Source of the DNA: Candidatus Hodarchaeum mangrovi
GTDB taxonomy: Archaea > Asgardarchaeota > Heimdallarchaeia > Hodarchaeales > Hodarchaeaceae
Assembly (NCBI GenBank): GCA_016839515.1
Contig: JAEOUE010000088.1
Location: 1 to 19,840, forward strand
Length of the DNA stretch: 19,840 nucleotides
Reading direction: 5' to 3'
A program made the position numbers and the translations under genes. Below are positions 8,286 to 17,047 of the stretch, piece by piece; within the stretch, counting starts at the first letter, position 1; every line of letters starts with the position of its first letter. Below the pieces are notes generated by a model. That model worked only from the letters and a program-made list of their open reading frames with translations, searched no databases and was not told the origin of the DNA.

Positions 8286-11200
8286 ATGAAAGCATTACGT
8301 ATTGGATCAGAACTTTCACCAGATCAAAGTGAAGATCCTCAACCATTTCTAAATAAATTTTCGATTCCAATAAATTCATTACGTACTCATGCACTTGTAT
8401 TAGGAGCATCTGGCTCTGGAAAAACTGTAATGTGTAAAGCGATTGTCGAAGAACTAATTCTTCAAGGAATACCAGTGGTAGCTGTTGATCCAAAGGGTGA
8501 TTTAGGAGGATTGGGAATTGTCTTTCAAGAAGAATTAAAAATACCAGATATTATACCTTGGATAAGAGAAGATGCGAATGAAAGAGGTGTAAAAGTTGAG
8601 GATCTTGCCCAAGAAATCCGTGATTTATATACTATTCAGTTAGGAAGATATTTTGAAGATTTCACGGAAATTATGAGTCAATATCGAAATCAAGTCGGTC
8701 CTCTTCTAATCACTCCAAAAAATCCTGCAGGAGTTGCTCTAGACCTTACTCCCGATCTTACTAGACCTAAAAAATTTCTAAAGTTACATGAAGAAACACC
8801 AGAAGTTTTATTAAATATTTTAGAATTGAAAGCTCAAATCCTTCTTCAGCGATGTGGATTTACTGATTTAAAACCTGCTGACAATCGTACAATCTTTTTA
8901 ACAGAAATTATTCGGACAGGGTGGGATATGCTGGGCAAATCAGGAAGAGCTTTAGATCTGGGAACTATTGTAAAAATGGTATTAGATCCTCCCTTTGCCA
9001 AAGTAGGTGTAATTGAAGTAGAGCAATTTATTAATTCTAAAATACGTGAGGAATTAGCAAGACGAATTAATGCTGTTATGGTTCGAAGTATTGGGAAGGG
9101 ATTAAAACTTGACATTCAATTGTTATTGGATATCGCTTCAGACAATAAAACACGAACACCATTTGTAGCTTTTGATCTTAGAGAGATCCGAGATGATACA
9201 GAAAAACAGGCATTTGTTGCTGAGGTAGTAGGGGCTGTTTGGTCATATATTCTTGGCCGAGGAGGAACAAATAGATTACGATTAGCATTGTATTTCGATG
9301 AACTTTATGGATTTATTCCACCTGTCAGAACTCCAATTTCTAAAAGCTCCATAATGTTACTATTAAAGCAAGCACGAGCATTTGGACTTGGATGTGTTCT
9401 AGCTACTCAAAACCCAGGAGATGTTGACTATAGAGCCCTAGGAAATATTTCTACATGGATATTAGGGAAACTTACATCCGATCGTGATGTTGAAAAAGTA
9501 GCAAATGCACTTAAAGCGGTTATCCAAGACGGAGAAGAATATGAAAAAGTAATAAGTGCAGTAAGAGGATTACAGACTAGTCAATTCTTTTATTATTATC
9601 CTAAAGTTGGAGTTAAAAAGGTACAAACAAGATGGTTATTATCTTACCACGGAGGCCCCTTAACAGCAGATTTAATTGAAAAAGTAACAATTAGACCTGA
9701 AATCCCCGATTCAGAAGAAGAAAAAGCTCAACAAGAACAGTCTGTAGTCGAACTTTCAGATGCAATAGAATTTGCAGAAAATGAATTTGGAATAACACTG
9801 GTTTTAAATCGTCCATCTACTCCTAAACTTGAAGACAGGTTTTTACAGGCAAAGTTCCATTTTAATGAAGAGCGCTTTAAGAATTTATTAGATAAAAAAT
9901 TACATATAGGAGCTCGAATGTCTCATATAAGTATAACATTTAATGAATTAGATTTTTTCTATGCTCCTATTCTAACGTTTAGCTGTGCAGTCCAAATGGA
10001 ACGAAAACTCCCCTTACCTAAAAGCACGAAGCAAGATCTCCGATTATATCAAGAGTTTCAACGATCATTAGATTTAACTCAAGATTTAAATTGGGAACAA
10101 TCAGCAATTGATTCTATATTTCTCCAAGATACGGAAGTCGCCAGTAAATTAGTTTTAACTCCAGAATTTAATAAATATGCTTATGTTTCAAAAGAAAGAG
10201 TTGAAAAAACGGATAGAAATATTATTTGGTTTTTGATTAAAACATTTCCAGAAGCTAGAACTCAAATAGAAAGCCAAGAACAAGAAATATTACATCACTT
10301 TTTGAATCAACGGATTGAAGCCATTAAAAAGCAGTATTTGGTTAAAAAAGATAAAATTCAAAATAATTTAATGAAGGCTAGAACAAAATCACGAGAGAAA
10401 AAATCCCAAATTGAAATAATTCTTCAAGAACTAAATGATCTAGAAGCATCGATAGGCGAAAGAGAAGCAGAAAATAAACCTGTAATAGCAATTAGAAAAT
10501 CTATTACATCAAAAAATAAATCAATTGAGAAATTAAATTTTCAAATTGCAGAGCATATGCTCGCAGAAGAGGGATTAGATAAAGAATTAGAAAAGCTCAA
10601 TGAGGAAGAAATGAAAGCAATTGCGGTAGTAAAAGAGGAAATAGAAGAAATACGAAATCGACATCGACCCAAAGAATATTATCGACCTAGTGAATCCGAA
10701 ATAGAAATCAAAGATAAATATGTATGTTGGATTCCCCGTACAATTGGTCAGGTAAAATTACAGAATCCAGTAAATCCTGAGATTGAATTGACGGTCAGTT
10801 TTAATTTTAATTCGTTTAATACGGTAGGTTTGTATGGATATTGCTCTATTTGTGATTTAGAATTACCTATCGGATATTTATGCTCTAATCCAGATTGTGA
10901 TATGCTCCTATGTGAAGAACATATTCTACGATGTGATATCTGTACTAGTGGGAGTTGTGATAAGCATCACCGAGTATGTGAACATGAAGGATGTTCGCGG
11001 AATATCTGTTTTTCTCATGCAACTAAATGTGGAGATCTCCTTTGTGGTAAAATTATCTGTCCACGTCATCGGTTTCAATGTAATGGCTGTCAGATCTACT
11101 TTTGTCAAAGAACAAGTCATCTTATAAAATGTGAAACGTGTGGAAAGGCATATTGTGAAAAATGCCAAGAAAAGGGATTAATATTACTTTGCCCCCTTTG

Positions 11201-11378
11201 TGAAACTTTCCAGTGCTCAGATCATATAGGAAAATGCACTTCCTGTTTAAAGGAAGTATGTACCAAACATTTAACAACATGTTCTAATTGTGGCGAAATT
11301 GTGTGCTCCAATTGTCAAACAACAAAGCGAAGTGGATTGGTAGGAAGTAAAGAAGGCTGTATCCGATGTCTGGGTTAG
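8286..11378 (+). CDS. HerA/FtsK-superfamily (DUF87/DUF853-like) P-loop ATPase fused to a coiled coil and a C-terminal tandem Cys/His zinc-finger array
   Basis: Walker A GASGSGKT (nt 8403-8426), VAVDPKGD, Walker B LYFDE (nt 9288-9302) and the arginine finger/sensor region KQARAFGLGCVLATQNP. A K/E/Q-rich coiled coil spans about nt 10250-10670, and a Cys-rich tail starts at nt 10842. Confidence 0.9.
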   Translation: MKALRIGSELSPDQSEDPQPFLNKFSIPINSLRTHALVLGASGSGKTVMCKAIVEELILQGIPVVAVDPKGDLGGLGIVFQEELKIPDIIPWIREDANERGVKVEDLAQEIRDLYTIQLGRYFEDFTEIMSQYRNQVGPLLITPKNPAGVALDLTPDLTRPKKFLKLHEETPEVLLNILELKAQILLQRCGFTDLKPADNRTIFLTEIIRTGWDMLGKSGRALDLGTIVKMVLDPPFAKVGVIEVEQFINSKIREELARRINAVMVRSIGKGLKLDIQLLLDIASDNKTRTPFVAFDLREIRDDTEKQAFVAEVVGAVWSYILGRGGTNRLRLALYFDELYGFIPPVRTPISKSSIMLLLKQARAFGLGCVLATQNPGDVDYRALGNISTWILGKLTSDRDVEKVANALKAVIQDGEEYEKVISAVRGLQTSQFFYYYPKVGVKKVQTRWLLSYHGGPLTADLIEKVTIRPEIPDSEEEKAQQEQSVVELSDAIEFAENEFGITLVLNRPSTPKLEDRFLQAKFHFNEERFKNLLDKKLHIGARMSHISITFNELDFFYAPILTFSCAVQMERKLPLPKSTKQDLRLYQEFQRSLDLTQDLNWEQSAIDSIFLQDTEVASKLVLTPEFNKYAYVSKERVEKTDRNIIWFLIKTFPEARTQIESQEQEILHHFLNQRIEAIKKQYLVKKDKIQNNLMKARTKSREKKSQIEIILQELNDLEASIGEREAENKPVIAIRKSITSKNKSIEKLNFQIAEHMLAEEGLDKELEKLNEEEMKAIAVVKEEIEEIRNRHRPKEYYRPSESEIEIKDKYVCWIPRTIGQVKLQNPVNPEIELTVSFNFNSFNTVGLYGYCSICDLELPIGYLCSNPDCDMLLCEEHILRCDICTSGSCDKHHRVCEHEGCSRNICFSHATKCGDLLCGKIICPRHRFQCNGCQIYFCQRTSHLIKCETCGKAYCEKCQEKGLILLCPLCETFQCSDHIGKCTSCLKEVCTKHLTTCSNCGEIVCSNCQTTKRSGLVGSKEGCIRCLG
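10842..11375 (+). repeat. Protein-level tandem repeat: nine C-x2/4-C-x4-C-x2(4)-H/C units plus two flanking CxxC pairs
   Basis: Units read directly: CSNPDC-DMLL-CEEH, CDIC-TSGS-CDKH, CEHEGC-SRNI-CFSH, CGDLLC-GKII-CPRH, CNGC-QIYF-CQRTSH, CETC-GKAY-CEKC, CPLC-ETFQ-CSDH, CTSC-LKEV-CTKH, CSNC-GEIV-CSNC. They are flanked by CSIC and CIRC. Confidence 0.9.
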
Positions 11379-11488
11379 TTTACTAAAAATTATAAAGCTA
11401 ATAAGAGTTATCCAGCTGAAAAATACAAAAACCTAGGTTAAATTAGGAGTAAATACCAAAATTACTTGACTATTGGTATGGATACTTA

Positions 11489-12424
11489 ATGAGCGCATAT
11501 TTTAAACATCTAATCGAGTTAATCGGCCTTTCCCGACCAGAATGGTGTTTTTTGTTTGGTATTGTTGCGGTTATGTTTGGGTTATTCTATAGCTTTCCAG
11601 TGGTATCAATCCTCATTGGAGGGTGTAGTGTGTTTTTGTTTACAGCAGGCCATTTCGCTCTTAATGGCTATTATGATCGATATTCTGATAAGTTAAATCC
11701 ACGTACGTTTTCTTTAAGAAACCCAATGGCATATTCACTAAATATAAAAAAGAAAAATATTTTTATCTGGATATTAGTAATATGGGTAAGTGTAATTCCT
11801 TTAAATTTTATATTTATTCCCAAGTCATTTATTTTTAAAAAATTGTTCCTAGCTTTACTAGCATACACAATGGGAATTTTGGGATCTTTATGTTATTCAA
11901 TTCCTCCTATCCGTTTTAAATCACGGCCTTTTCTTGATCTTCTTATTACTATGTTCATAATTGGATTTTTTGTACCCTTCTACATTTCTCTTTTAGGTCC
12001 GGAAATCTATATTCCACCTGAAAAATTAATCCTAGCAATTGGTTTTGGTCTATTACTTATTTCTGGGATTCACCTTCCTACCATTCTAATTGATTTAGAC
12101 ACCGATGAGCAGATTGGAGATCTTACAACCGCAGTATATTTGGGGTGGAAAAGAGCTTCAATCTTAACTTCTTCAATAATAATTCTACGAGTTATAGGAC
12201 TTACAGTAATTAACTTGCTATTGATGAGTCAAGGAATATTAGTTGTGAGTATTAGTCCATTTATTTTGGGAATTCTTGAAATTATCGTCAGTATTCAGCT
12301 ATTAAAAAAGCAGAATCGAGAAGCAGCTGTACAATTACTAAAAACAGTCATAATTACAAGTAGTGCTGGAAGTATTTTCTTTGCATATCTTTATGTTCCA
12401 GTACTCCTAACAATCAACACTTAA
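11489..12424 (+). CDS. UbiA-family membrane prenyltransferase
   Basis: Asp-rich motifs NGYYDRYSD and DLDTD..GDLTTAVYLG, the YSIPPIRFK motif, an N-terminal LSRP, and about 8-9 hydrophobic segments. Confidence 0.88.
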   Translation: MSAYFKHLIELIGLSRPEWCFLFGIVAVMFGLFYSFPVVSILIGGCSVFLFTAGHFALNGYYDRYSDKLNPRTFSLRNPMAYSLNIKKKNIFIWILVIWVSVIPLNFIFIPKSFIFKKLFLALLAYTMGILGSLCYSIPPIRFKSRPFLDLLITMFIIGFFVPFYISLLGPEIYIPPEKLILAIGFGLLLISGIHLPTILIDLDTDEQIGDLTTAVYLGWKRASILTSSIIILRVIGLTVINLLLMSQGILVVSISPFILGILEIIVSIQLLKKQNREAAVQLLKTVIITSSAGSIFFAYLYVPVLLTINT

Positions 12425-12443
12425 TAGCAGTTTAACGAAGATA

Positions 12444-12734
12444 TTATTTAATTTCTTCCACTAAAGTCAAGAATTCAGGATAGGAAATAGCAGTCCAACT
12501 TTCAGCAAAACTAGCTCCAGTTGATCGAGATAATAAAGATACTTTAGCTGCTTCAATCTCATCTTTTGCTTCAAAAATATCTAAAAAATCATAAGGTCCC
12601 AAAATAGCATAGTGAGCAATCCATTTGACCGTTGGAACTTTTTCTTTTACCAATTTAAGGAATTCTTGGCCTTGTTTTTTACGTGATGCAAAATCAAACT
12701 GCTTAAATTTAGTTACAAGAATAAATATTGACAT
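12444..12734 (-). CDS. GYD-domain protein
   Basis: 96 aa with LGPYDFLDIFEAKDEIEAAKVSL. Both size and motif are typical of the GYD family. Confidence 0.85.
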   Translation of the reverse strand: MSIFILVTKFKQFDFASRKKQGQEFLKLVKEKVPTVKWIAHYAILGPYDFLDIFEAKDEIEAAKVSLLSRSTGASFAESWTAISYPEFLTLVEEIK

Positions 12735-12840
12735 AAAAAAAATCGTAACTTATAAAATACTTAACATTTTCTAGGTGGGAATCTTTATCAATTAAAAATA
12801 TCGAATAAAAAAGAAAATTAACAGAGAGAAAGGATTTTTA

Positions 12841-14097
12841 ATGAAAACATCTGAGATTTTTGAGATATATTCTCAACATGTATGTAAACCCAAAGCGAGT
12901 TTTTTTGAACAATTAAATCTTAAAATGGTACAGGGTAAGCGATATGGGATTTACATTGAAATGTTAGAAGGATTAAGAGAAGACGATCCACCTTTGAAAC
13001 TCATTGACTGTCATACGTCAGGTGGAGTTAAGAATTTAGGAAGTCATCATCCTGAAATAGACAAAGCATTGACAGATGGATTAAAAGCTGGTCTAGATAT
13101 TGGCGATCATCACTTAATTAGTGAACAACGTGCTTTACTCGGAAAAGAATTAGCTACACTTCTTCCTGGAGATATATCGAAAACCATGTTTTCAGTAGGA
13201 GGGGGGGAAGCAATTGACTTGAGTATTAAGCTTGCACGAGGATATACGAAACGCTCACAAATAATTTCAGCAGATAAAGCATATCATGGAGTAACTGGAT
13301 TTGCATTAGGAGCATGTTCAAAAAGTTTCAGAGAACCTTTTCATTGGAATTTAACGGATTTTAAACACGTACCATTTGGTAATATAGACATACTTCATAA
13401 ATCAATCACGGAGGAGACTGCTGCAGTAATATTCGAGACAATTCCAGCTACAGGGGGTATATTAATTCCGGAAAAAGGGTATTTTTCTGAAATACGAGAG
13501 ACTTGCAATGAAACTGGAACAATAATGATCATTGATGAAGTCCAAACAGGTTTAGGAAGAACAGGCCAGCTGTGGGGGATTCATGGAGGAGTTTATCCAG
13601 ATGAAAAAATTGTTCCTGATATTATAGTTCTCGCTAAAGGAATGTCTGCAGGAGTTTATCCGTTAAGTACCACCTCCTATAAACCATTTCTAGAGGAAGT
13701 ATTTGAGGAAGATCCTTTTCTACATATATCAACAACTGGGGGGTCTGAATTGGGATGTTTCGTAACACGAAAGATGTTGGAAATTATCTCTGAACCTAGC
13801 TTCTTGAAACATGTTCAAGAGATGGGAAACTTGTTTCAAAAGGGTTTATTAGAAATAAAGGAAAAATCAGAAAAAATTATTGATGTTCGGGGTCGTGGAT
13901 TAATGTGGGGGATTGAATTTGAAGATGAATTATTTTCATTATTCTTTACTCTTAGTATGATTAAAAATGGGGTTTTCTGTGATTATTGTGGAAATTTCAA
14001 ACAAGTTAATAAATTTCTTCCCCCTTTAATCATACAACCCGAGGAAATTCAGATTATTCTTAACAAAATCGAAGAAGGATTGAGCAATTTAGGTTAA
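12841..14097 (+). CDS. Class-III PLP-dependent aminotransferase (putrescine/acetylornithine aminotransferase-like)
   Basis: Motifs GGEAID, AYHG, IIDEVQTGLGRTG, the PLP lysine in LAKGMSAG, and DVRGRGLMWGIEF. Confidence 0.9.
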   Translation: MKTSEIFEIYSQHVCKPKASFFEQLNLKMVQGKRYGIYIEMLEGLREDDPPLKLIDCHTSGGVKNLGSHHPEIDKALTDGLKAGLDIGDHHLISEQRALLGKELATLLPGDISKTMFSVGGGEAIDLSIKLARGYTKRSQIISADKAYHGVTGFALGACSKSFREPFHWNLTDFKHVPFGNIDILHKSITEETAAVIFETIPATGGILIPEKGYFSEIRETCNETGTIMIIDEVQTGLGRTGQLWGIHGGVYPDEKIVPDIIVLAKGMSAGVYPLSTTSYKPFLEEVFEEDPFLHISTTGGSELGCFVTRKMLEIISEPSFLKHVQEMGNLFQKGLLEIKEKSEKIIDVRGRGLMWGIEFEDELFSLFFTLSMIKNGVFCDYCGNFKQVNKFLPPLIIQPEEIQIILNKIEEGLSNLG

Positions 14098-14100
14098 AGG

Positions 14101-14880
14101 TTATGAATGTGGTTTTAGATTGACATCTAACGGTGTAATCTTTTTAATTTCTTCATAAATAGAAATTAGATCTTTTAACTCCTCTTCAACTCCATTAACT
14201 TCTAAAATTACTGCGCCTGCACCTTTGTATATTCCCCCTGAACCTATATGGTAAACATCTGAACTAGGAGCTAAAAATTCGATTGCTTCAATTTCTGTAA
14301 ATAGTTCTCCACCAACTACAGGAAATAGACTAACCGGTAATCCATGGACATAATCAATATTGACCTGACCCCCTAAAAGAGGAAGAATTTCTGTAATTGC
14401 ATGAGTTATTTGTTTTTCTAAAGAGACTGGGACAATAATAGTGATTCCCCTTGCCAATGCTCTAGCATAAATTGTTCCCATTGTTCCCATTTGTGGGTGT
14501 GCACATAACACTCCTGCCACTCCTTCAGAGCCTATTGCGTTCGCGCCTTTCAATAGGACATCTGCTTCTTCTATAGTCTGATTCATTGGTTGAATGTTGG
14601 GTTTCCCATCAATGAAAGCAATTTCTGGAGCACGTGTGTCTGGATGACTTTCCCAAAGACTACCATCAACACAACCTGCTACATAATTACCAATATCAAA
14701 GGAAAAGTCTTCATTTTCAGTGTGTTTTAATATTTCCTTAATTATATATGCATTTGTTGTTCCTCTACCTATTCCTATGACTCCCTCTTCAAGAGTTGCC
14801 TCTATTAAGGGATGTTGAAGAATAGCTTTTGCAATTAGGGCTTTGCTCTCCCAAGGAGTAAAAACAAATTGACATCGCAT
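14101..14880 (-). CDS. Conserved hypothetical protein, probable NagB/RpiA/CoA-transferase/eIF-2B-like fold
   Basis: I prefer ATG 14880 (MRCQFVFTPWESKALIAKAI) because it avoids overlap with the divergent PAP2 gene. Motifs GIGRGTTNAYI and DVLLKGANAI...GT...IIVPVSLEK. The fold call is from motif resemblance only. Confidence 0.7.
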   Translation of the reverse strand: MRCQFVFTPWESKALIAKAILQHPLIEATLEEGVIGIGRGTTNAYIIKEILKHTENEDFSFDIGNYVAGCVDGSLWESHPDTRAPEIAFIDGKPNIQPMNQTIEEADVLLKGANAIGSEGVAGVLCAHPQMGTMGTIYARALARGITIIVPVSLEKQITHAITEILPLLGGQVNIDYVHGLPVSLFPVVGGELFTEIEAIEFLAPSSDVYHIGSGGIYKGAGAVILEVNGVEEELKDLISIYEEIKKITPLDVNLKPHS

Positions 14881-14943
14881 AATTATCAACTCTGATAAAC
14901 ATTTTTGGAAGTGCTTATTAAGAATAGTTGAAACTGGAGAACT

Positions 14944-15786
14944 GTGAACCAAACTCAAATCTTGAAGAAAATTAAAAATTTAATATTCTATAATGAAAAC
15001 TTTGAAATTTCTTTAATATTGTTCATCTTTTTATTGATTGGAACAATAGGTGATATAATAATCTCAGAGATTTTATTTGATCCAAAATCTTGGTGGGCTC
15101 AATTTCTAGCCGATTTTGGGGAAGTACCAGGATATATTTGTATTTATTTAGCTATCTTATTATTTACACTCAATAATAAGTATAATAAGTTATGGCAAAA
15201 GTTGAAATTTTTATTAAGTTCCATTTTTCTCTATTTTGTGACCAAGGATATAATAATTTCTATATTTATTTTAGATCAGACATTCCTCTTAGACTTATTT
15301 CTTTTACTAGTCAGTATTTTTATAACGACATTGTTAACTCTTTTTTTATCTTCTCAATCTATTTCTTCAGAGTTTTCTCATATAACCTTGAGAATGGCTA
15401 TAATATTTCCATTATTTCTCGTACAAACACTAAAACTTCTCTGGGGAAGAGTTAGATTTCGTGAATTAACCACTGATCATTCTAATTTCACTTTGTGGTT
15501 TTATCCACAGGGTATAAATGGTAATCTATCATTTCCTTCTGGACATGTAGCTATGGCATGGATGGTATTTCCCATAATTGTCCTTATTAATCCCAAAAAA
15601 AGAAAACTACGCTTTTTGGCTAAAATTTTTGTTCTAATATGGATTTTCCTCATAAGCATGAGTAGGATTGTTTTAGGAGCACATTATTTGTCAGATGTTG
15701 TGGTTTCCTCATTAATAGGTACCCAGATATTTCATTATCTTACTTACAAATCTAGTAAGAAATCACAAGGTATCTCTTTGCAGTAA
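14944..15786 (+). CDS. PAP2-family membrane phosphatase
   Basis: All three PAP2 motifs are present: KLLWGRVRF, SFPSGH and SRIVLGAHYLSDV. Multiple TM helices, GTG start. Confidence 0.9.
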   Translation: MNQTQILKKIKNLIFYNENFEISLILFIFLLIGTIGDIIISEILFDPKSWWAQFLADFGEVPGYICIYLAILLFTLNNKYNKLWQKLKFLLSSIFLYFVTKDIIISIFILDQTFLLDLFLLLVSIFITTLLTLFLSSQSISSEFSHITLRMAIIFPLFLVQTLKLLWGRVRFRELTTDHSNFTLWFYPQGINGNLSFPSGHVAMAWMVFPIIVLINPKKRKLRFLAKIFVLIWIFLISMSRIVLGAHYLSDVVVSSLIGTQIFHYLTYKSSKKSQGISLQ

Positions 15787-15850
15787 ACTTAAATATTATT
15801 AAAATCAAACTTTGTTTTCATAAATTAATCTTTCGGAGACACTGAAGTCT

Positions 15851-17047
15851 TTGAGAAGGCAAACAATTTTAATATTCTTGATCAGCATTTTTATGACATT
15901 TAATAATATTTTCTTACAATCAAGTTCAGTTAATAATGAAAATACCTCTGTATATTGGCCTACGATAGAATGGCGAACTAAAACACCTGAAGAAATGAAT
16001 ATAAGTTCAAATATATTGGAAGACATGGATTCATTTATAGCTGATCAATATTATGGTTTAGATAGTTTTCTACTAATTAAAGATGGATATATCGTAAAGG
16101 AAAATTACTTTTTAGGTTACAATAAAGATTTCGATCATATCTGCTATTCAGTATCAAAAAGTGTCACTTCAGCAATTGTTGGTATAGCAATAGATAAAGG
16201 ATATCTATCGTTAAATGACTATGTCATTGATTTTTTTCCAAACAAGTTATTTACCAATATGGATTCTCGGAAATCGAATATGACTGTTAAACATCTTCTC
16301 CAGATGAGAAGTGGTTTAGAATGGGATGAATGGAATTCTTCTTATTCTGATTCCTCCAATCTGTACCGACAACTAATGGTTAGTTCTGATTGGGTAAAAT
16401 TTGTCCTTGATATGAAAATGGTTTCAGATCCTGGTTCTAAATTTGTTTACCATTCTGGACTCAGTTATCTCTTACTAGCAATCGTACAACAAAGAATTAA
16501 TGTAACTGTTCTTGATTTTGCGAATAAATTCCTTTTTAAACCTATTGGGATCTCTTTGAATACTTGGACCACCTGTCCTAATAATATCCCAATTGGAGGA
16601 TCAGGGTTATTTCTCACTCCCCAAGATATGGCAAGATTTGGGTTTCTTTATCTAAATAACGGAACATGGAACGGTAGTCAAATTATTTCATCTCAGTGGG
16701 TGCAAGAATCAATTTATCAATACCATCAATTAGACTGGGAAGATGCTTTTTATGGTTATCAATGGTGGATTGAACCTGAAAGATATGGTTATTTTGGATA
16801 TTCAGCTAGAGGGTATTTAGGTCAATATATTCTAGTTATACCTGATCTTAATTTAATTATTGTTTGTACAGGTGAATCATCAAATCTTGATTATCCCCTT
16901 CTGATCACAAATTTCGTATTACCTGCACTTAAGAATAATATCGGTACATTTTCTTCTGCAATTATATTTCCTCTTGACTTTCTGATAATAGTTTTAGGAT
17001 TCATATACCTTAGAAAAAAGAAGTATGCTAAAACCTCTATCAATTAG
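15851..17047 (+). CDS. Secreted, C-terminally membrane-anchored serine hydrolase (class C beta-lactamase / NylB-like family)
   Basis: N-terminal basic plus hydrophobic signal, SxxK (YSVSKS), HLLQMRSG, PGSKFVYHSG, DMARFGFLYL and ARGYLGQ. A C-terminal hydrophobic helix is followed by RKKK. Confidence 0.88.
   Translation: MRRQTILIFLISIFMTFNNIFLQSSSVNNENTSVYWPTIEWRTKTPEEMNISSNILEDMDSFIADQYYGLDSFLLIKDGYIVKENYFLGYNKDFDHICYSVSKSVTSAIVGIAIDKGYLSLNDYVIDFFPNKLFTNMDSRKSNMTVKHLLQMRSGLEWDEWNSSYSDSSNLYRQLMVSSDWVKFVLDMKMVSDPGSKFVYHSGLSYLLLAIVQQRINVTVLDFANKFLFKPIGISLNTWTTCPNNIPIGGSGLFLTPQDMARFGFLYLNNGTWNGSQIISSQWVQESIYQYHQLDWEDAFYGYQWWIEPERYGYFGYSARGYLGQYILVIPDLNLIIVCTGESSNLDYPLLITNFVLPALKNNIGTFSSAIIFPLDFLIIVLGFIYLRKKKYAKTSIN

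Noticed and set aside
5800-9115. ORFs 5800..6000 (+), 7286..7579 (+), 8242..8493 (-) and 8846..9115 (-)
   Set aside because: They lie antisense to the well-supported tdh, AMP phosphorylase and ATPase genes.
10842-11375. Multiheme cytochrome c or polyferredoxin interpretation of the Cys-rich tail
   Set aside because: There are no CxxCH or CxxCxxCxxxCP motifs. The spacing fits Zn-finger-type ligation.
10897-11868. ORFs 10897..11127 (+), 10926..11168 (-) and 11671..11868 (-)
   Set aside because: Alternative-frame or antisense overlaps of the zinc-finger tail and the UbiA gene, with no independent coding signal.
8286-12424. HerA-based anti-phage or DNA-repair operon
   Set aside because: No NurA, Mre11, Rad50, Sir2 or nuclease partner is adjacent on the same strand. 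The downstream gene is a prenyltransferase 110 bp away.
14881-14958. N-terminal extension of ORF 14101..14958
   Set aside because: It would overlap the divergent PAP2 start and leave no promoter space. ATG 14880 is the more plausible start.
11489-15786. UbiA plus PAP2 as a lipid-biosynthesis cluster
   Set aside because: They are separated by three unrelated genes in alternating orientation, with no operon evidence.
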